From an uncultured delta proteobacterium (GTDB lineage Bacteria; Desulfobacterota; Binatia; Binatales; Binataceae), in NCBI GenBank assembly GCA_963842085.1, contig CAWJET010000001.1:64001-128000 (forward strand): 64,000 nt of DNA. The letters run 5' to 3'. Under the pieces are notes generated by a model. That model made no database searches. It was given only the letters and a program-made list of their open reading frames with translations, and was not told the origin of the DNA. A program made the translations under genes and the position numbers. How positions within the stretch are numbered: position 1 is the first letter of the stretch; the number at the start of each line of letters is the position of its first letter. Positions 50,381-61,730 of this stretch are shown piece after piece.

Positions 50381-51631
50381 TTATCTGACGGCGCGCAACC
50401 GTGAGGGTTTGTCCGCGCGGCCCGACTTCGGTTTGGCAGCGCGAAGCGCGACGATTCGATCGAGGATCAGGTCCGCAACCGCTTCCTTGGACATCTGCGG
50501 ATGGCTTTGGGAGCTCCCGTCGGCACCCATGAGAGTCACGATATTGGTATCGACCTCGAACCCGGCGCCTTCTCGCGTCACGTCGTTCGCGACGATAAGG
50601 TCGAGCCCTTTGCGCTTGAGCTTGGCCCGCGCGTTGGCTTCCAGGTCCTCGGTTTCGGCCGCGAATCCAATCAAAAGGCGCGCGCCCTTCTTCGCCGCCA
50701 GCCGCGGCATCTCGTCCGCGATCGATTCCATCTCGAGTCGAAGGCCGCGCGCGTCTTTCTTGATCTTGCCGCCCGCCGGGTTCGCGGGACGGAAGTCGGC
50801 AATCGCCGCCGCCATCACGAGCGCCGTGGACCAGGGAAAGTTGCTCGACGTTTGGGCGAGCATCGCGGCCGCCGTCACAGTTTCAATTCGTTCGACGCCA
50901 TAAGGCGTCGCGAGCGCTGAAGGCCCCGCGATGAGTCGCACCGACGCACCGCGGCGCCACGCCGCCCGCGCGATCGCAAAGCCCATCTTGCCCGACGAAC
51001 GGTTGGTGACGAATCGCACCGGATCGATCGGCTCTCGTGTCGGTCCCGCCGTTACCAAAATATTTTCGCCCGCAAGATCCTGCAGGGACAGCATCTTCTC
51101 GATTTCCGCGACGACGATTGCTGCGTCCGGCAACCGGCCCTTGCCCTCGTAACCGCACGCGAGCGCGCCCTCGCCCGGCTCGATTATCACAGCGCCGCGC
51201 GTGCGCAGCTTGTCAAGGTTCTCGGCAACCGTCGGATGCTCGTACATGTGCACGTTCATCGATGGCGCAAACGCGACTTTCGCGCGCGTCGCAAGCAACA
51301 CAGTGGTTACGATGTCGTCAGCGATGCCGACGGCAGCCTTGGCGATCAAGTCGGCCGTCGCGGGCGCGATCACGATCGCGTCGGCGCTGTCGGCGAGCCG
51401 GATGTGCCCGATCTCGGATTCCTGCGTCAGCGAGAACGTGTCGGTGGCGACCGGATTCGAGCTGAGTGTCTGGAGCGTGAGCGGCGTGATGAACTCGGTC
51501 GCGTTGCGCGTCATCATCACCCGGACAATCGCGCCCGAGTTGACGAGCAGGCGCACGAGTTCCGCGGATTTGTAAGCGGCGATTCCGCCACTCACGCCGA
51601 GCACGATCGTCTTGCCGCTAAGCACGCCCAT
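50381..51631 (-). CDS. coaBC: Bifunctional phosphopantothenoylcysteine decarboxylase/ligase
   Basis: GGIAAYK, PSMN, TAGPTRE.IDPVRF..SSGKMG, GFAAET. Confidence 0.97.
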   Translation of the reverse strand: MGVLSGKTIVLGVSGGIAAYKSAELVRLLVNSGAIVRVMMTRNATEFITPLTLQTLSSNPVATDTFSLTQESEIGHIRLADSADAIVIAPATADLIAKAAVGIADDIVTTVLLATRAKVAFAPSMNVHMYEHPTVAENLDKLRTRGAVIIEPGEGALACGYEGKGRLPDAAIVVAEIEKMLSLQDLAGENILVTAGPTREPIDPVRFVTNRSSGKMGFAIARAAWRRGASVRLIAGPSALATPYGVERIETVTAAAMLAQTSSNFPWSTALVMAAAIADFRPANPAGGKIKKDARGLRLEMESIADEMPRLAAKKGARLLIGFAAETEDLEANARAKLKRKGLDLIVANDVTREGAGFEVDTNIVTLMGADGSSQSHPQMSKEAVADLILDRIVALRAAKPKSGRADKPSRLRAVR

Positions 51632-51685
51632 CGAGCTTGATTCTAGTGCGGCGCGCCTGCGAGCGAAACGGCCCCCGTACCGCCG

Positions 51686-53005
<1,320 letters not shown>

Positions 53006-53026
53006 AACTTCAGAGACTCCTTGGCA

Positions 53027-53362
53027 TCAGCCCTTTCGGAACCGCGAGGGAAATTCGGCGCCGAAAGTTTGATCGGGATGGAGCACGCGCGCGCGCTCGA
53101 TCAGAACCTCTTCGGTCTCGGGAATGTTCGGGTCGGGAATGCAGCAATCGACCGGACATACCGCCGCGCACTGTTCCTGGTCGAAAAAGCCGACGCACTC
53201 GGTGCACTTGTCCGGGACGATGTAATAGATGTCGTCTTTGATCGCGGGCTTGGTCGCGCCGTTGAGTTCCCACTGCGCGCCACCTTCGTAAATCGCGGTG
53301 TTGGGGCATTCCGGCTCGCACGCACCGCAATTGATGCATTCTTCTGTTATCAGCGTGGACAT
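53027..53362 (-). CDS. YfhL-family 4Fe-4S dicluster ferredoxin
   Basis: [12 protein letters not shown]; [15 protein letters not shown]. Confidence 0.93.
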   Translation of the reverse strand: MSTLITEECINCGACEPECPNTAIYEGGAQWELNGATKPAIKDDIYYIVPDKCTECVGFFDQEQCAAVCPVDCCIPDPNIPETEEVLIERARVLHPDQTFGAEFPSRFRKG

Positions 53363-53489
53363 CTTCCAGCTCCGAAACCGGTCCTTGCGAAAATGGATTG
53401 CGCGCATCGGCGGCGACAAAACGATCGGACCGAACGGCAACAATATCGGCGCGCGGCAGGTCGAGCAAGTACATCAAGCCGCCAGGCCG

Positions 53490-54539
53490 TCAGTCGGCCA
53501 CGGCGTTCACAATCCGTCGCGCAAGTTCCAGGAACGCAATGCTGGCGGGATGCGCCGGATTCGCGATCGTGATCGGCATGCCGTCGTCGCCGGCCTGGCG
53601 TACATCGGGGTAAATCGGAATCCGCGCGAGCAATTGCGTCCCCTCCTCCGCCGCCATCCGCTCGCCGCCGCCGTAGCCGAAAAGTTCGTCGCGCTCGCCG
53701 CAATCCGGACATACGAAGTAGCTCATGTTCTCGACCACGCCGAGAATCGGGCAATGCACCTGGCGAAACATCTTCACTGCGCGAGTCGCGTCGAGCAGCG
53801 CAACGTCCTGCGGCGTCGTCACGATCACGGCGCCGTCGAGCGAGACCTGCTGCGCGAGCGTCAACTGCGCGTCGCCGGTACCGGGCGGAAGATCGACCAC
53901 CAAGAAATCCTGGCTGCCCCACAGCGTGTCCTTCAGGAACTGGCGCACCGCGCCCATCACCATCGGCCCGCGCCAGATAACCGGCGCCTTTTCGCCCAGA
54001 AAAAATCCGATCGAGATCAGCTTCACGCCGTACTTCTCGATCGGATAAAAGTTCTGCCCGCCCGCCGACTTCGGCCGCTCGTCGCCGACGTTGAACATCA
54101 TCGGCACCGACGGCCCGTAGATGTCCGCGTCGAGCAGGCCGACGCTGAGCCCCAATCGCGCCAGCGCCACCGCGGTGTTTGCCGCGACGGTCGATTTGCC
54201 CACGCCGCCCTTGCCGCTCCCGACCGCGATAATGTGCTTCGTCCCTTCGAGGCGCACGCGCCCGGTTTTCTCGCCAAGCTCGGCTTCAATTCGATGCACC
54301 CGAAGCTCGACCTTGGGCACGCCGAGGTCGTGGGTGAGCGCATGATGGATTTTCGCGGCGAGCTCGCGGATCACCTCGTCGCGCTCGGTGGCCTGCCGAA
54401 TCGTGATTGTGTAGCCGCCGTTGGGCGCCGGCTGAGCATCCTCGACGATTCCAAGCGCAACGAGGTCGGCGGAGTAACCGGGATACTCTACGTGTCCGAG
54501 CGCCTCGATAACCGCATCGTTAGATACCTGCCGTGCCAC
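53490..54539 (-). CDS. mrp: Mrp/NBP35 Fe-S carrier ATPase
   Basis: GKGGVGKST, DLPPGTGD, ENMSYFVCPDC. Confidence 0.95.
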   Translation of the reverse strand: MARQVSNDAVIEALGHVEYPGYSADLVALGIVEDAQPAPNGGYTITIRQATERDEVIRELAAKIHHALTHDLGVPKVELRVHRIEAELGEKTGRVRLEGTKHIIAVGSGKGGVGKSTVAANTAVALARLGLSVGLLDADIYGPSVPMMFNVGDERPKSAGGQNFYPIEKYGVKLISIGFFLGEKAPVIWRGPMVMGAVRQFLKDTLWGSQDFLVVDLPPGTGDAQLTLAQQVSLDGAVIVTTPQDVALLDATRAVKMFRQVHCPILGVVENMSYFVCPDCGERDELFGYGGGERMAAEEGTQLLARIPIYPDVRQAGDDGMPITIANPAHPASIAFLELARRIVNAVAD

Positions 54540-54632
54540 TAATGCAATTATCGCAGATGCATTAGAGCGTCGGAAGCATCGCTTGCTATAGCCATGCTTC
54601 CAAGCTTCTCGAAGCGAACTCCCAAGGCCGAC

Positions 54633-55052
54633 TCAAGGACGCTCCTGGCTGTAATCCCACGAGACCGTATGCGCCGGCTTGAAGCTCACCACCACGACCT
54701 TGTTGCCCTTGAGCGATTTCGCGTACGCCTTGCCGAGTTTCTTGCCCAGGTACTCGACCGCCATCCGCTCCGTGCGCTTGTCGTCGATCTTTTCCTCGAG
54801 CGTCGCGCGCCCCTTCAGCACCACCGTCTTGTACGGCGCCTTCTTCGTGTCGATCACCAGCGTGACGCGCGGATCGCGCACCAGGCACTTGTATTTGAAC
54901 GACTCCGCGGCCGTGTGAAACACCACCTGCCCGTCGGCGTACTCGTACCAGGTCGGCACGGCGTGCGGCGCGCCGTCGGGCGCGGTCACGGCGACCACTG
55001 CGACGATCGGTTTTCTGAGCAGCTTCTCGATATCTTTTTTCTTCATCGGCAT
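54633..55052 (-). CDS. PPOX-class (putative F420-dependent) oxidoreductase
   Basis: DGAPHAVPTWY..K..LVRDPRVTL. Confidence 0.82.
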   Translation of the reverse strand: MPMKKKDIEKLLRKPIVAVVAVTAPDGAPHAVPTWYEYADGQVVFHTAAESFKYKCLVRDPRVTLVIDTKKAPYKTVVLKGRATLEEKIDDKRTERMAVEYLGKKLGKAYAKSLKGNKVVVVSFKPAHTVSWDYSQERP

Positions 55053-55086
55053 CGGGACGAAGTCTCCTGTGGCGGCGGCAGCAATC

Positions 55087-55887
55087 TCACTTGCCTTTGA
55101 AATTCGGTTTGCGCTTCTCGTGGAAGGCTCGCGTGCCCTCGCGCACGTCCTCGGACGGATTCGTGATCATCACGTTGAGCGCGGCGTCCTCGAGCGCATT
55201 TTCGAGCGTCATCTCGCGCTGCTTGTACATCATCCGTTTGGCCAGCCTGATTGCCAACGGCGGTCCGTCCGCAAGCCGCCGCGCCAAGTCGTTCACGCGC
55301 GCTTCGAGTTCCGCGTGCGGCACCACTTCCGTCACCAACCCAAGTTCGAGCGCCGTCTTGGCGTCATAGACTTCCGACAGCAGCGTCATCTTGAGCGCGC
55401 GGTCCAATCCCATGAAGCGGGGAAACAGGTACGCTCCACCTTCATCGCAGAGCAGCGCGAACTTGAGCGCCGTGTCTCCAAGCCGCGCCTGGTCCGACGC
55501 GATCCTGAAGTCACACGACAGGGCGAGCGTCAGGCCACCGGCCACCGCTGCACCGTTAATCGCCGCGATCGCGGGCTTGTCGAAGCGATGCAACGACAGC
55601 ACGAGCTGATGGAACCCTTCGCGCATCTCGAGCATGTGTCCCATCGGATGCCCACGGAATCGCGAGCGGCTTTCAGGCGCGCCGCTGATATCGCCGCCGG
55701 CACAGAACGCGCGCCCGCTGCCGGTGATGATCAGCACGCGGATGTCGTCGTCCTGGCGCGCGAGATCGATCGCCGCGCACATTTCCTTGACCATCGTCTC
55801 GTTGTAGCCGTTCATCCGCTCGGCCCGGTTGATCGTGATTTTCGCGACGCCGTCGCGCGAACCGTAGATGATTGTTTTGAAGTCCAT
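55087..55887 (-). CDS. Enoyl-CoA hydratase/isomerase
   Basis: AFCAGGD, INGAAVAGG. Confidence 0.92.
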   Translation of the reverse strand: MDFKTIIYGSRDGVAKITINRAERMNGYNETMVKEMCAAIDLARQDDDIRVLIITGSGRAFCAGGDISGAPESRSRFRGHPMGHMLEMREGFHQLVLSLHRFDKPAIAAINGAAVAGGLTLALSCDFRIASDQARLGDTALKFALLCDEGGAYLFPRFMGLDRALKMTLLSEVYDAKTALELGLVTEVVPHAELEARVNDLARRLADGPPLAIRLAKRMMYKQREMTLENALEDAALNVMITNPSEDVREGTRAFHEKRKPNFKGK

Positions 55888-55914
55888 TGTCAGTGACCTC
55901 TCTTCATTTTTTCG

Positions 55915-56087
55915 TGTCATTCTGAGCAGAGGCTGCCGCAGCGAAGAAGCTGGCCCGCCATTTTTTGGCGGGCGCAATCCGTGTAGCTAAGTCCACCCCC
56001 TCCCAGGCTTCGCGAGCGCGTCGATCACGGTCGCGCCGCGCTTCGCGCGGCCAGATCCTTCGCGCCGCCGACTCCGCTCAGGACGAC
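55915..56087. repeat. Inverted REP-like doublet with internal hairpin
   Basis: TGTCATTCTGAGC..GCGAAGAA ... GATCCTTCGC..GCTCAGGACGAC; CCCGCCA-TTTT-TGGCGGG inside. Confidence 0.65.
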
Positions 56088-56110
56088 GACCGGGAGCTGC
56101 GGCCTGGCAG

Positions 56111-56920
56111 TTACCTACCCTTAAACGTCGGCGGACGCTTCTCCAAAAACGCCTTGACCGCCTCGCGATGGTCCTCGGTCCGGCCCGTCATCGTTTGTCC
56201 CCACGCCTCGCGATCGAGCAGCTCATTGAACTCGTGATTAAGCGCCGCGTTGAGATTCGCCTTCATATAGCCGTAGGCAATCGTCGGACCGTTGGCGATC
56301 CGCGACGCTAGTGCATGCACCTCGTCGCGGAACGATGCCGCCGGCAGCACGCGATTTGCCAGTCCGATTCTGAGCGCCTCGTCCGCGCCGATCACGTCGG
56401 CCAGGAAATACAGTTCGCGCGCTTTCGCCGATCCCACCAGATGCGTCAGCGACCAGGTGCCGCCGTAGTCGCCTGAGAATCCAACCTTGGCGAACGCCGT
56501 GCCGAAACGCGCCGCGTCCGACGCAATCCTGATGTCGCACGCCATCGCGAGGCTGAGCCCTGCGCCCGCCGCCGGGCCGTTGACCGCCGCGATCGTCACC
56601 TTCGCCATCTCGTGCAACATCAACGACGCCTCTTCGCCGCGCCGCAGCCCCGCGACGCGATCCTCGATCGTCTGCGCCGCGCCCGCACCCGAGCCCACGC
56701 TCTCGTTGCGCTCGCGCATCCCTCCTATATCTCCGCCCGAGCAGAATCCGCGCCCTGCTCCCGTCAGCACGACAGCGCCGATTTCGGGATTGGTCGCGGC
56801 ACGCGACAGGTTATCCACCAGCCCGCCCATCATCTCGGCGCTCATCGCGTTGAGCTTGTCGGGCCGGTTCAGCGTGAGGTAAAGCACGCGGTCTTTCACT
56901 TCGGTCAGCAGGTCTGCCAT
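56111..56920 (-). CDS. Enoyl-CoA hydratase/isomerase
   Basis: GFCSGGD, VNGPAAGAG. Confidence 0.93.
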   Translation of the reverse strand: MADLLTEVKDRVLYLTLNRPDKLNAMSAEMMGGLVDNLSRAATNPEIGAVVLTGAGRGFCSGGDIGGMRERNESVGSGAGAAQTIEDRVAGLRRGEEASLMLHEMAKVTIAAVNGPAAGAGLSLAMACDIRIASDAARFGTAFAKVGFSGDYGGTWSLTHLVGSAKARELYFLADVIGADEALRIGLANRVLPAASFRDEVHALASRIANGPTIAYGYMKANLNAALNHEFNELLDREAWGQTMTGRTEDHREAVKAFLEKRPPTFKGR

Positions 56921-56956
56921 TTTTGAGCCTCCAAAAGTCCGTGTTCGACTCTGGTA

Positions 56957-57823
56957 CTACTTCACGTCCGCCAGTCTGTCGAGTGCCGCCGCGATCGCCT
57001 GCGTGCCGTCGAGATCGTGACCGAGCGCGGCCGACGCGTTGAACATCGACGCCATCAGCGAAAGTCCGGGCAGCGCGAGCCCCGCTTCACGCGCCGCCTC
57101 GGCCACCAGCCGGAGGTCCTTGCGAATCAGCTTGACAAAAAAGCCGGGCCGATAATCGCCGGCGATTATCTTCGGACCAAGATTCGACAACTGCCACGAC
57201 CCAGCCGCGCCCGCGCCAATCGCCTCGACTACCCGCGCCGCGTCGAGACCGCCGGCGCGCGCGAACTTGATCGCCTCGGCCGCCGCCTCGAGCGCGAGCG
57301 CCACCGCGATCTGATTTGCCAGCTTGGTCAGCTGGCCCGCGCCCGGCGCGCCCATGTGCGTGATTCTCTTTCCGAGCAGCTCGAACAACGGCCGCGCCCG
57401 CTCGAACGCGGCCGCGTCGCCCCCAACCATTATCGCGAGCGCGCCCTCGCGAGCGCCGACGTCGCCGCCCGATACCGGCGCGTCGAGGTAATCGACGCCG
57501 GCCTGCTTGAGCCGTGCCGCGATCCCGCGCTCGGCCGCCGGCGAAATAGTGCTCATATCGATCAAGAGCTGCCCCGCCTTCAGAGCGGGCTCGATCTTCG
57601 CTATCGTCGCCACCACGTCGGGCGTGTCGGTCACCATGACAAACACGACCTCCGCACCCGCGACGCACGCCGCCGCGTCCGCCGCCACGATCGCGCCATC
57701 GGCCGCCATTACGCGAGCCTTCTCGGGCGAGCGATTGAAGACGCGCACGCGATGACCCCCGCGAATCAACCGCCGCGCCATCGGCGCGCCCATTATTCCA
57801 GTCCCAATCCATCCGATTTCCAT
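56957..57823 (-). CDS. Beta-hydroxyacid dehydrogenase (3-hydroxyisobutyrate/tartronate semialdehyde reductase family)
   Basis: GTGIMG, DAPVSGG, KLANQ. Confidence 0.93.
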   Translation of the reverse strand: MEIGWIGTGIMGAPMARRLIRGGHRVRVFNRSPEKARVMAADGAIVAADAAACVAGAEVVFVMVTDTPDVVATIAKIEPALKAGQLLIDMSTISPAAERGIAARLKQAGVDYLDAPVSGGDVGAREGALAIMVGGDAAAFERARPLFELLGKRITHMGAPGAGQLTKLANQIAVALALEAAAEAIKFARAGGLDAARVVEAIGAGAAGSWQLSNLGPKIIAGDYRPGFFVKLIRKDLRLVAEAAREAGLALPGLSLMASMFNASAALGHDLDGTQAIAAALDRLADVK

Positions 57824-58071
57824 GAGTTCCTCTTAGCCTCTCTCTGTCAGCGAGAGGCCGCGCTTCCGGCGCGGGTGAGGGTCAACATAACAAGATGACC
57901 TTCTGGTTGTCTCGTGTGAGCCAATCTCGGAGTCGGCTCTTCAGACTGAGCGAAAAGGCCGGATCGAACGCTTTTTCTGTTCCTGCCGTAACACCAATGG
58001 CAACAAACAGTTGTCACGATATAGTCATGCAGTCATCTTCGCGTTAAACAATTCCCGGGAGAAACAAAAAA

Positions 58072-58242
58072 CTGTTACGCATCAGACATATCGCGGCGGC
58101 GCTCTGCTACGGGTTTGCGTGGCTCTCGATGGTCGCATTGATTGCGATGGTCACCGTCGCCGAGGTGCTGCAAGGCGAAGCGCCGGTAAGCGACGCCGAC
58201 ACCCTGGCGCGACTCGATCTCGCGCGGCGAATACCCCGCTAG
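58072..58242 (+). CDS. Putative small membrane protein with CTG start
   Basis: GGGAG SD; LLRIRHIAAALCYGFAWLSMVALIAMVTVAEVLQGEAPVSDADTLARLDLARRIPR*; shares CTAG stop with convergent gene. Confidence 0.5.
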   Translation: MLRIRHIAAALCYGFAWLSMVALIAMVTVAEVLQGEAPVSDADTLARLDLARRIPR

Positions 58243-59171
58243 CGCTGTCCAATCCAATCGGCAGGCGCGACCGCACGCCATCGGGCGCGAATCGCTTCGT
58301 ACTCGGCCGGCGGCAACGGTCCGGCACCAGCGTGCGCGACATTCTGCGCGACGCGCTGCGGCCGCGTCGTGCCGACGATCGCGCTAGTCACGCCCGCAGT
58401 GCCGAGCGTGAATCTGAGTGCGACCGCGACCGCATCCTCGACTCCGCGATGGAGGAAATCGTAGTCGAGCTTCTGCAGCCGATCCCAATACGGACGCGTA
58501 TACCAATCGCCCGGCGGCTGTTTGCGATGTCGCCACGCCACGTTGGCGATTGGCCGCTTGACGATCACGCCCATCCCGCGCGCGGCCGCCCTGGGTAGCA
58601 CGCGACCGATCGCTTCCTGGTCGGCGATACTCACCGAGATCTGAATCGTGTCGAACGCGCCGCTCTCGACCGCGTACACCGCTTCATCCGAATCGGTGCT
58701 GCACCCAACGAAGCGCGCCTGTCCGCGCTCGCGCGCCTGGTGAACAACTTCAATCACGCGGCCGTCCTTGAGCGTCGCGAGCGGCGGGCTGTGGAACTGC
58801 ATCACATCGACGTGGTCGGTGCGCAGGTTCCTGAGGCTGCGCTCGATGCTCCGCGCGAGCATCGCGGGCTCCCAATCCGGCGAAGCGTAACCTGAGGCGC
58901 GCGCGGACGCGGACCCAAGCGGCGCATGCCCGCATTTTGTCATCAGGACGACTTCGGCGCGCCGCCCGGCAATCGCCTTGCCGACGAGTGCCTCGCTGTC
59001 CGCGTAGCACGCGGCGGTATCGATCAGATTGATGCCGGCGTCGAGCGCAGCGTTCAGAATTCGATCGACTGTCTTCTGCGCGACAGCCTGGTAGCCAATT
59101 TCAGAGCCGCCAAACCCAAGAGTGCTGACGCGAAGCCCGGTCTTTCCCAGCACCCGATACTCGATTGCCAT
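58239..59171 (-). CDS. Aldo/keto reductase
   Basis: LGKTGLRVSTLGFG, IDTAACY, SLRNLRTDHVD. Confidence 0.93.
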   Translation of the reverse strand: MAIEYRVLGKTGLRVSTLGFGGSEIGYQAVAQKTVDRILNAALDAGINLIDTAACYADSEALVGKAIAGRRAEVVLMTKCGHAPLGSASARASGYASPDWEPAMLARSIERSLRNLRTDHVDVMQFHSPPLATLKDGRVIEVVHQARERGQARFVGCSTDSDEAVYAVESGAFDTIQISVSIADQEAIGRVLPRAAARGMGVIVKRPIANVAWRHRKQPPGDWYTRPYWDRLQKLDYDFLHRGVEDAVAVALRFTLGTAGVTSAIVGTTRPQRVAQNVAHAGAGPLPPAEYEAIRARWRAVAPADWIGQR

Positions 59172-59185
59172 TTCCCGTTCCTGAC

Positions 59186-59277
59186 TAAGGTGGAGGGACT
59201 GGCCCCTGCCGAAGGAAGCAATGAAAAACGAAACCCACCGCAGGTTTCATATTCAATAAAATGATTTGTCCTTCCCC
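59186..59277 (+). repeat. Multi-hairpin intergenic element, 3' part
   Basis: CCCCTGCCGAAGGAAGC..GAAACCCACCGCAGGTTTCATATTCAATAAAATGATTTGTCCTTCCCC aligns to 28956-29022. Confidence 0.85.
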
Positions 59278-59279
59278 AT

Positions 59280-60113
59280 TCACACCCCGAAGAATTCCTT
59301 GATCGCCGCGAGCGCTTCGACCTCCGTCAGCGTCGGCGCATGCCCCACGCCCGGCACCTCGACCGCTTTCGCCTGCTTGTGCACCCTGCACATCCTGCTC
59401 GCCGTCGCGCTGGCCAGGATGTCGCTCTCCGCTCCGCGCACGATCAAGATCGGGCACGCGATGCGCGCGTACGGCACCCACATATCAAGCCGCTGCTGCG
59501 CGGTGCCGCCGCGCAGCGGCCGCCTGACCTTGGCGTCCATCTTCCAGACCAGGCCGCCGTCGGCGCCCAGCTTGACCGACCACTTCACTTGTTCCGCGAC
59601 AACCTCGTCCGCGAGCTTCGCCATCGGCGGATAGTTTTCCTTGTAGTACTTCACCACTTCGCCGAGATCTTTGAAGCGCTCCGGCGCCTCGCCGACGTAG
59701 CTGGCGATTCGCGCCATCCCCGCCGGGTCGATTTCGCACCCGATATCGTTGAGCACCAGCCGCTCGACGCGCTCGGGCCACCCGCCCGCGTACATCATCG
59801 AGATCATCCCGCCCATCGAGGTGCCGATCAGGCTGGCGCGCGCGACGCCGAGCCTCTCGAGCATCCGCGCCAGGTCGGTCACGTAATTCTGCGGTATATA
59901 TTCCGTCGGCGGACCCCAATTGCTGTCGCCGCGGCCGCGCACGTCGACCGATATCACGTGATACTTCGCCGCCAGATACGGCGCGAGCGCGTCGAAGTTA
60001 TGCGCGTTGCCGGTCAGCCCGTGCACGCATACGACCCATGGCGCGCCCTCGTTGCCGTGATCGATGTAATGAAGCCGCAGTCCGTTCGCGTCGACGAATT
60101 TATCCGATGCCAT
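59280..60113 (-). CDS. Alpha/beta hydrolase
   Basis: HGLTGN, GTSMGG, GHAP. Confidence 0.92.
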   Translation of the reverse strand: MASDKFVDANGLRLHYIDHGNEGAPWVVCVHGLTGNAHNFDALAPYLAAKYHVISVDVRGRGDSNWGPPTEYIPQNYVTDLARMLERLGVARASLIGTSMGGMISMMYAGGWPERVERLVLNDIGCEIDPAGMARIASYVGEAPERFKDLGEVVKYYKENYPPMAKLADEVVAEQVKWSVKLGADGGLVWKMDAKVRRPLRGGTAQQRLDMWVPYARIACPILIVRGAESDILASATASRMCRVHKQAKAVEVPGVGHAPTLTEVEALAAIKEFFGV

Positions 60114-60151
60114 CGTTCTCCTGAATTACTTCCGCTCGCCGCTCACCCTTA

Positions 60152-60859
60152 TCACTCCGGATGCGGCGTCTGCGCGAGCTGCCACAGTTTCTCTGGCACG
60201 ATTATCAGCCGGCGTCCGTCGCGGGTAATAACGCCCTCGCGCTCGAAATCGTTGAGCTGCTCGGTCGTCCGCTGACGCGACGCTCCCACCAGCTCGGCCA
60301 AATCCGCATGCGTCAGCTTGATCGTCAGCAACGTGCCGCGCGAGTCGCGCACGCCGAATTTTTCCGCCAGCTCGAGCAGCGCGCCCGCCAGCCGCGCGCG
60401 CAGTCCGAGCCCGACGAAGTTCGCGTAGCGCACCAGCATCCCCCACCATCGCCCGACCGTCGCGTCTAGGATTATGCTCAGCCGCTCGAGCGGAACGCCG
60501 AGCACACTATCAACAAAAACCTCCGGCTTCACCACCGCCACCAGGCAATCGCTGTACGCTTCGCATCGAAACGGCCGCGTGGTCTGCGGCAGCAGCGACG
60601 ACAATCCGAAGACCTCGCCCGGCCCCACGAATCCCACCAGCACCCGCTGCTCGCGATTCACGTAACAGAGCTTCGCTACGCCCGACAGCAGGATATAAAC
60701 GTGACTCGACGCCTCGCCTTCTCTGAAGATGGCATCTTCGCGCCGCACTTTAAGCGGCGCCGACGCCGCCGCCAGCCGCGCCGCCTGCTCCTCGCGCATC
60801 CACGAGAGCGACTTGAGCCGAGTGAGCGATTTCGGATCCAAGGTGCCTTCCGCCGCCAC
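60152..60859 (-). CDS. Crp/Fnr family transcriptional regulator
   Basis: IFREGE, GPGEVFG, LTHADLAELVGASRQRTT. Confidence 0.93.
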   Translation of the reverse strand: MAAEGTLDPKSLTRLKSLSWMREEQAARLAAASAPLKVRREDAIFREGEASSHVYILLSGVAKLCYVNREQRVLVGFVGPGEVFGLSSLLPQTTRPFRCEAYSDCLVAVVKPEVFVDSVLGVPLERLSIILDATVGRWWGMLVRYANFVGLGLRARLAGALLELAEKFGVRDSRGTLLTIKLTHADLAELVGASRQRTTEQLNDFEREGVITRDGRRLIIVPEKLWQLAQTPHPE

Positions 60860-60887
60860 AATCGGTTCCTACCACATCTGCTCCAAA

Positions 60888-60954
60888 TGTCGCGAATGTG
60901 ACATCCAATGCCATTTTTTGCTCCGATTTGCGGGCTTTCGTCACCCGTGCGACA
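60888..60954. promoter_or_regulatory. Two palindromic Crp-type boxes TGTCR-N6-YGACA
   Basis: TGTCG-CGAATG-TGACA (60888-60903) and CGTCA-CCCGTG-CGACA (60939-60954). Confidence 0.65.
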
Positions 60955-61049
60955 AATGTAAGCGTATCTAATGCTTGACCTAACTGTTATATTAATGCAA
61001 CTTACTGACCGAATGCGGTTCGGTCTCCGAACCAGTGAGGAAATTGACC

Positions 61050-61730
61050 ATGGCCAATAACAATGACAACCCAAGGAGCAAGCTGAATAACAACGACAGT
61101 TCGTTTTCCGATGAGATATTGAAACTGGCGCAATGCCTGATGCCCGAACCGCCAACCGCCAAGGTCAAGCGGATGGCCACCAACATTACCGATAGAGGGA
61201 TGGATCGGCAGGTTCATGAAATTGCCTGGAAGGCGTACGACACTGTCGTCGGCGCCGCCAACAGTGCCACCAATCGCATCTACTCCAGTCCCGCCGTCGG
61301 CAATGTGCTCGGCGGCGCAATCGACATCATGCTGCGATGGCAGCGCCTCAACGCCGCAGTCGCCGGCGCATTCTTCTCGGCGCTCTGGCCCGCAGTCGGC
61401 CTGCCATCAGCGAATGAGGTCGAAGCGATTCGCAGCGAGGTGCGTTCGATGCGGGAGGAACTGCGCGACGCGGTCGCCGAGCGCGACTCGAAAGACGACT
61501 TCGCAAGCGAACTGCACCTCGCCGTCCGCGAATCGATCATCAGCCAGCAGGCCGACGAAAAATCCGCCGCTCGCAAGACCAACGGACATCCGGCGGCGGT
61601 GCCGACCGGCGCTGACCTGGATCCCGCGGCATTACCGGCGGCGAAAAAATCCAGCGTTTACCAATTCTCGGTCTGGTCGGGATGGCCCGGCGCGGATCCG
61701 ATGGAGCTGAGCGAAAATGTCGGCAATTAG
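61050..61730 (+). CDS. Putative PhaE/PhaR-like PHA synthase partner
   Basis: GLPSANEVEAIRSEVRSMREEL resembles PhaE C-terminal motif; overlaps phaC start. Confidence 0.55.
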   Translation: MANNNDNPRSKLNNNDSSFSDEILKLAQCLMPEPPTAKVKRMATNITDRGMDRQVHEIAWKAYDTVVGAANSATNRIYSSPAVGNVLGGAIDIMLRWQRLNAAVAGAFFSALWPAVGLPSANEVEAIRSEVRSMREELRDAVAERDSKDDFASELHLAVRESIISQQADEKSAARKTNGHPAAVPTGADLDPAALPAAKKSSVYQFSVWSGWPGADPMELSENVGN

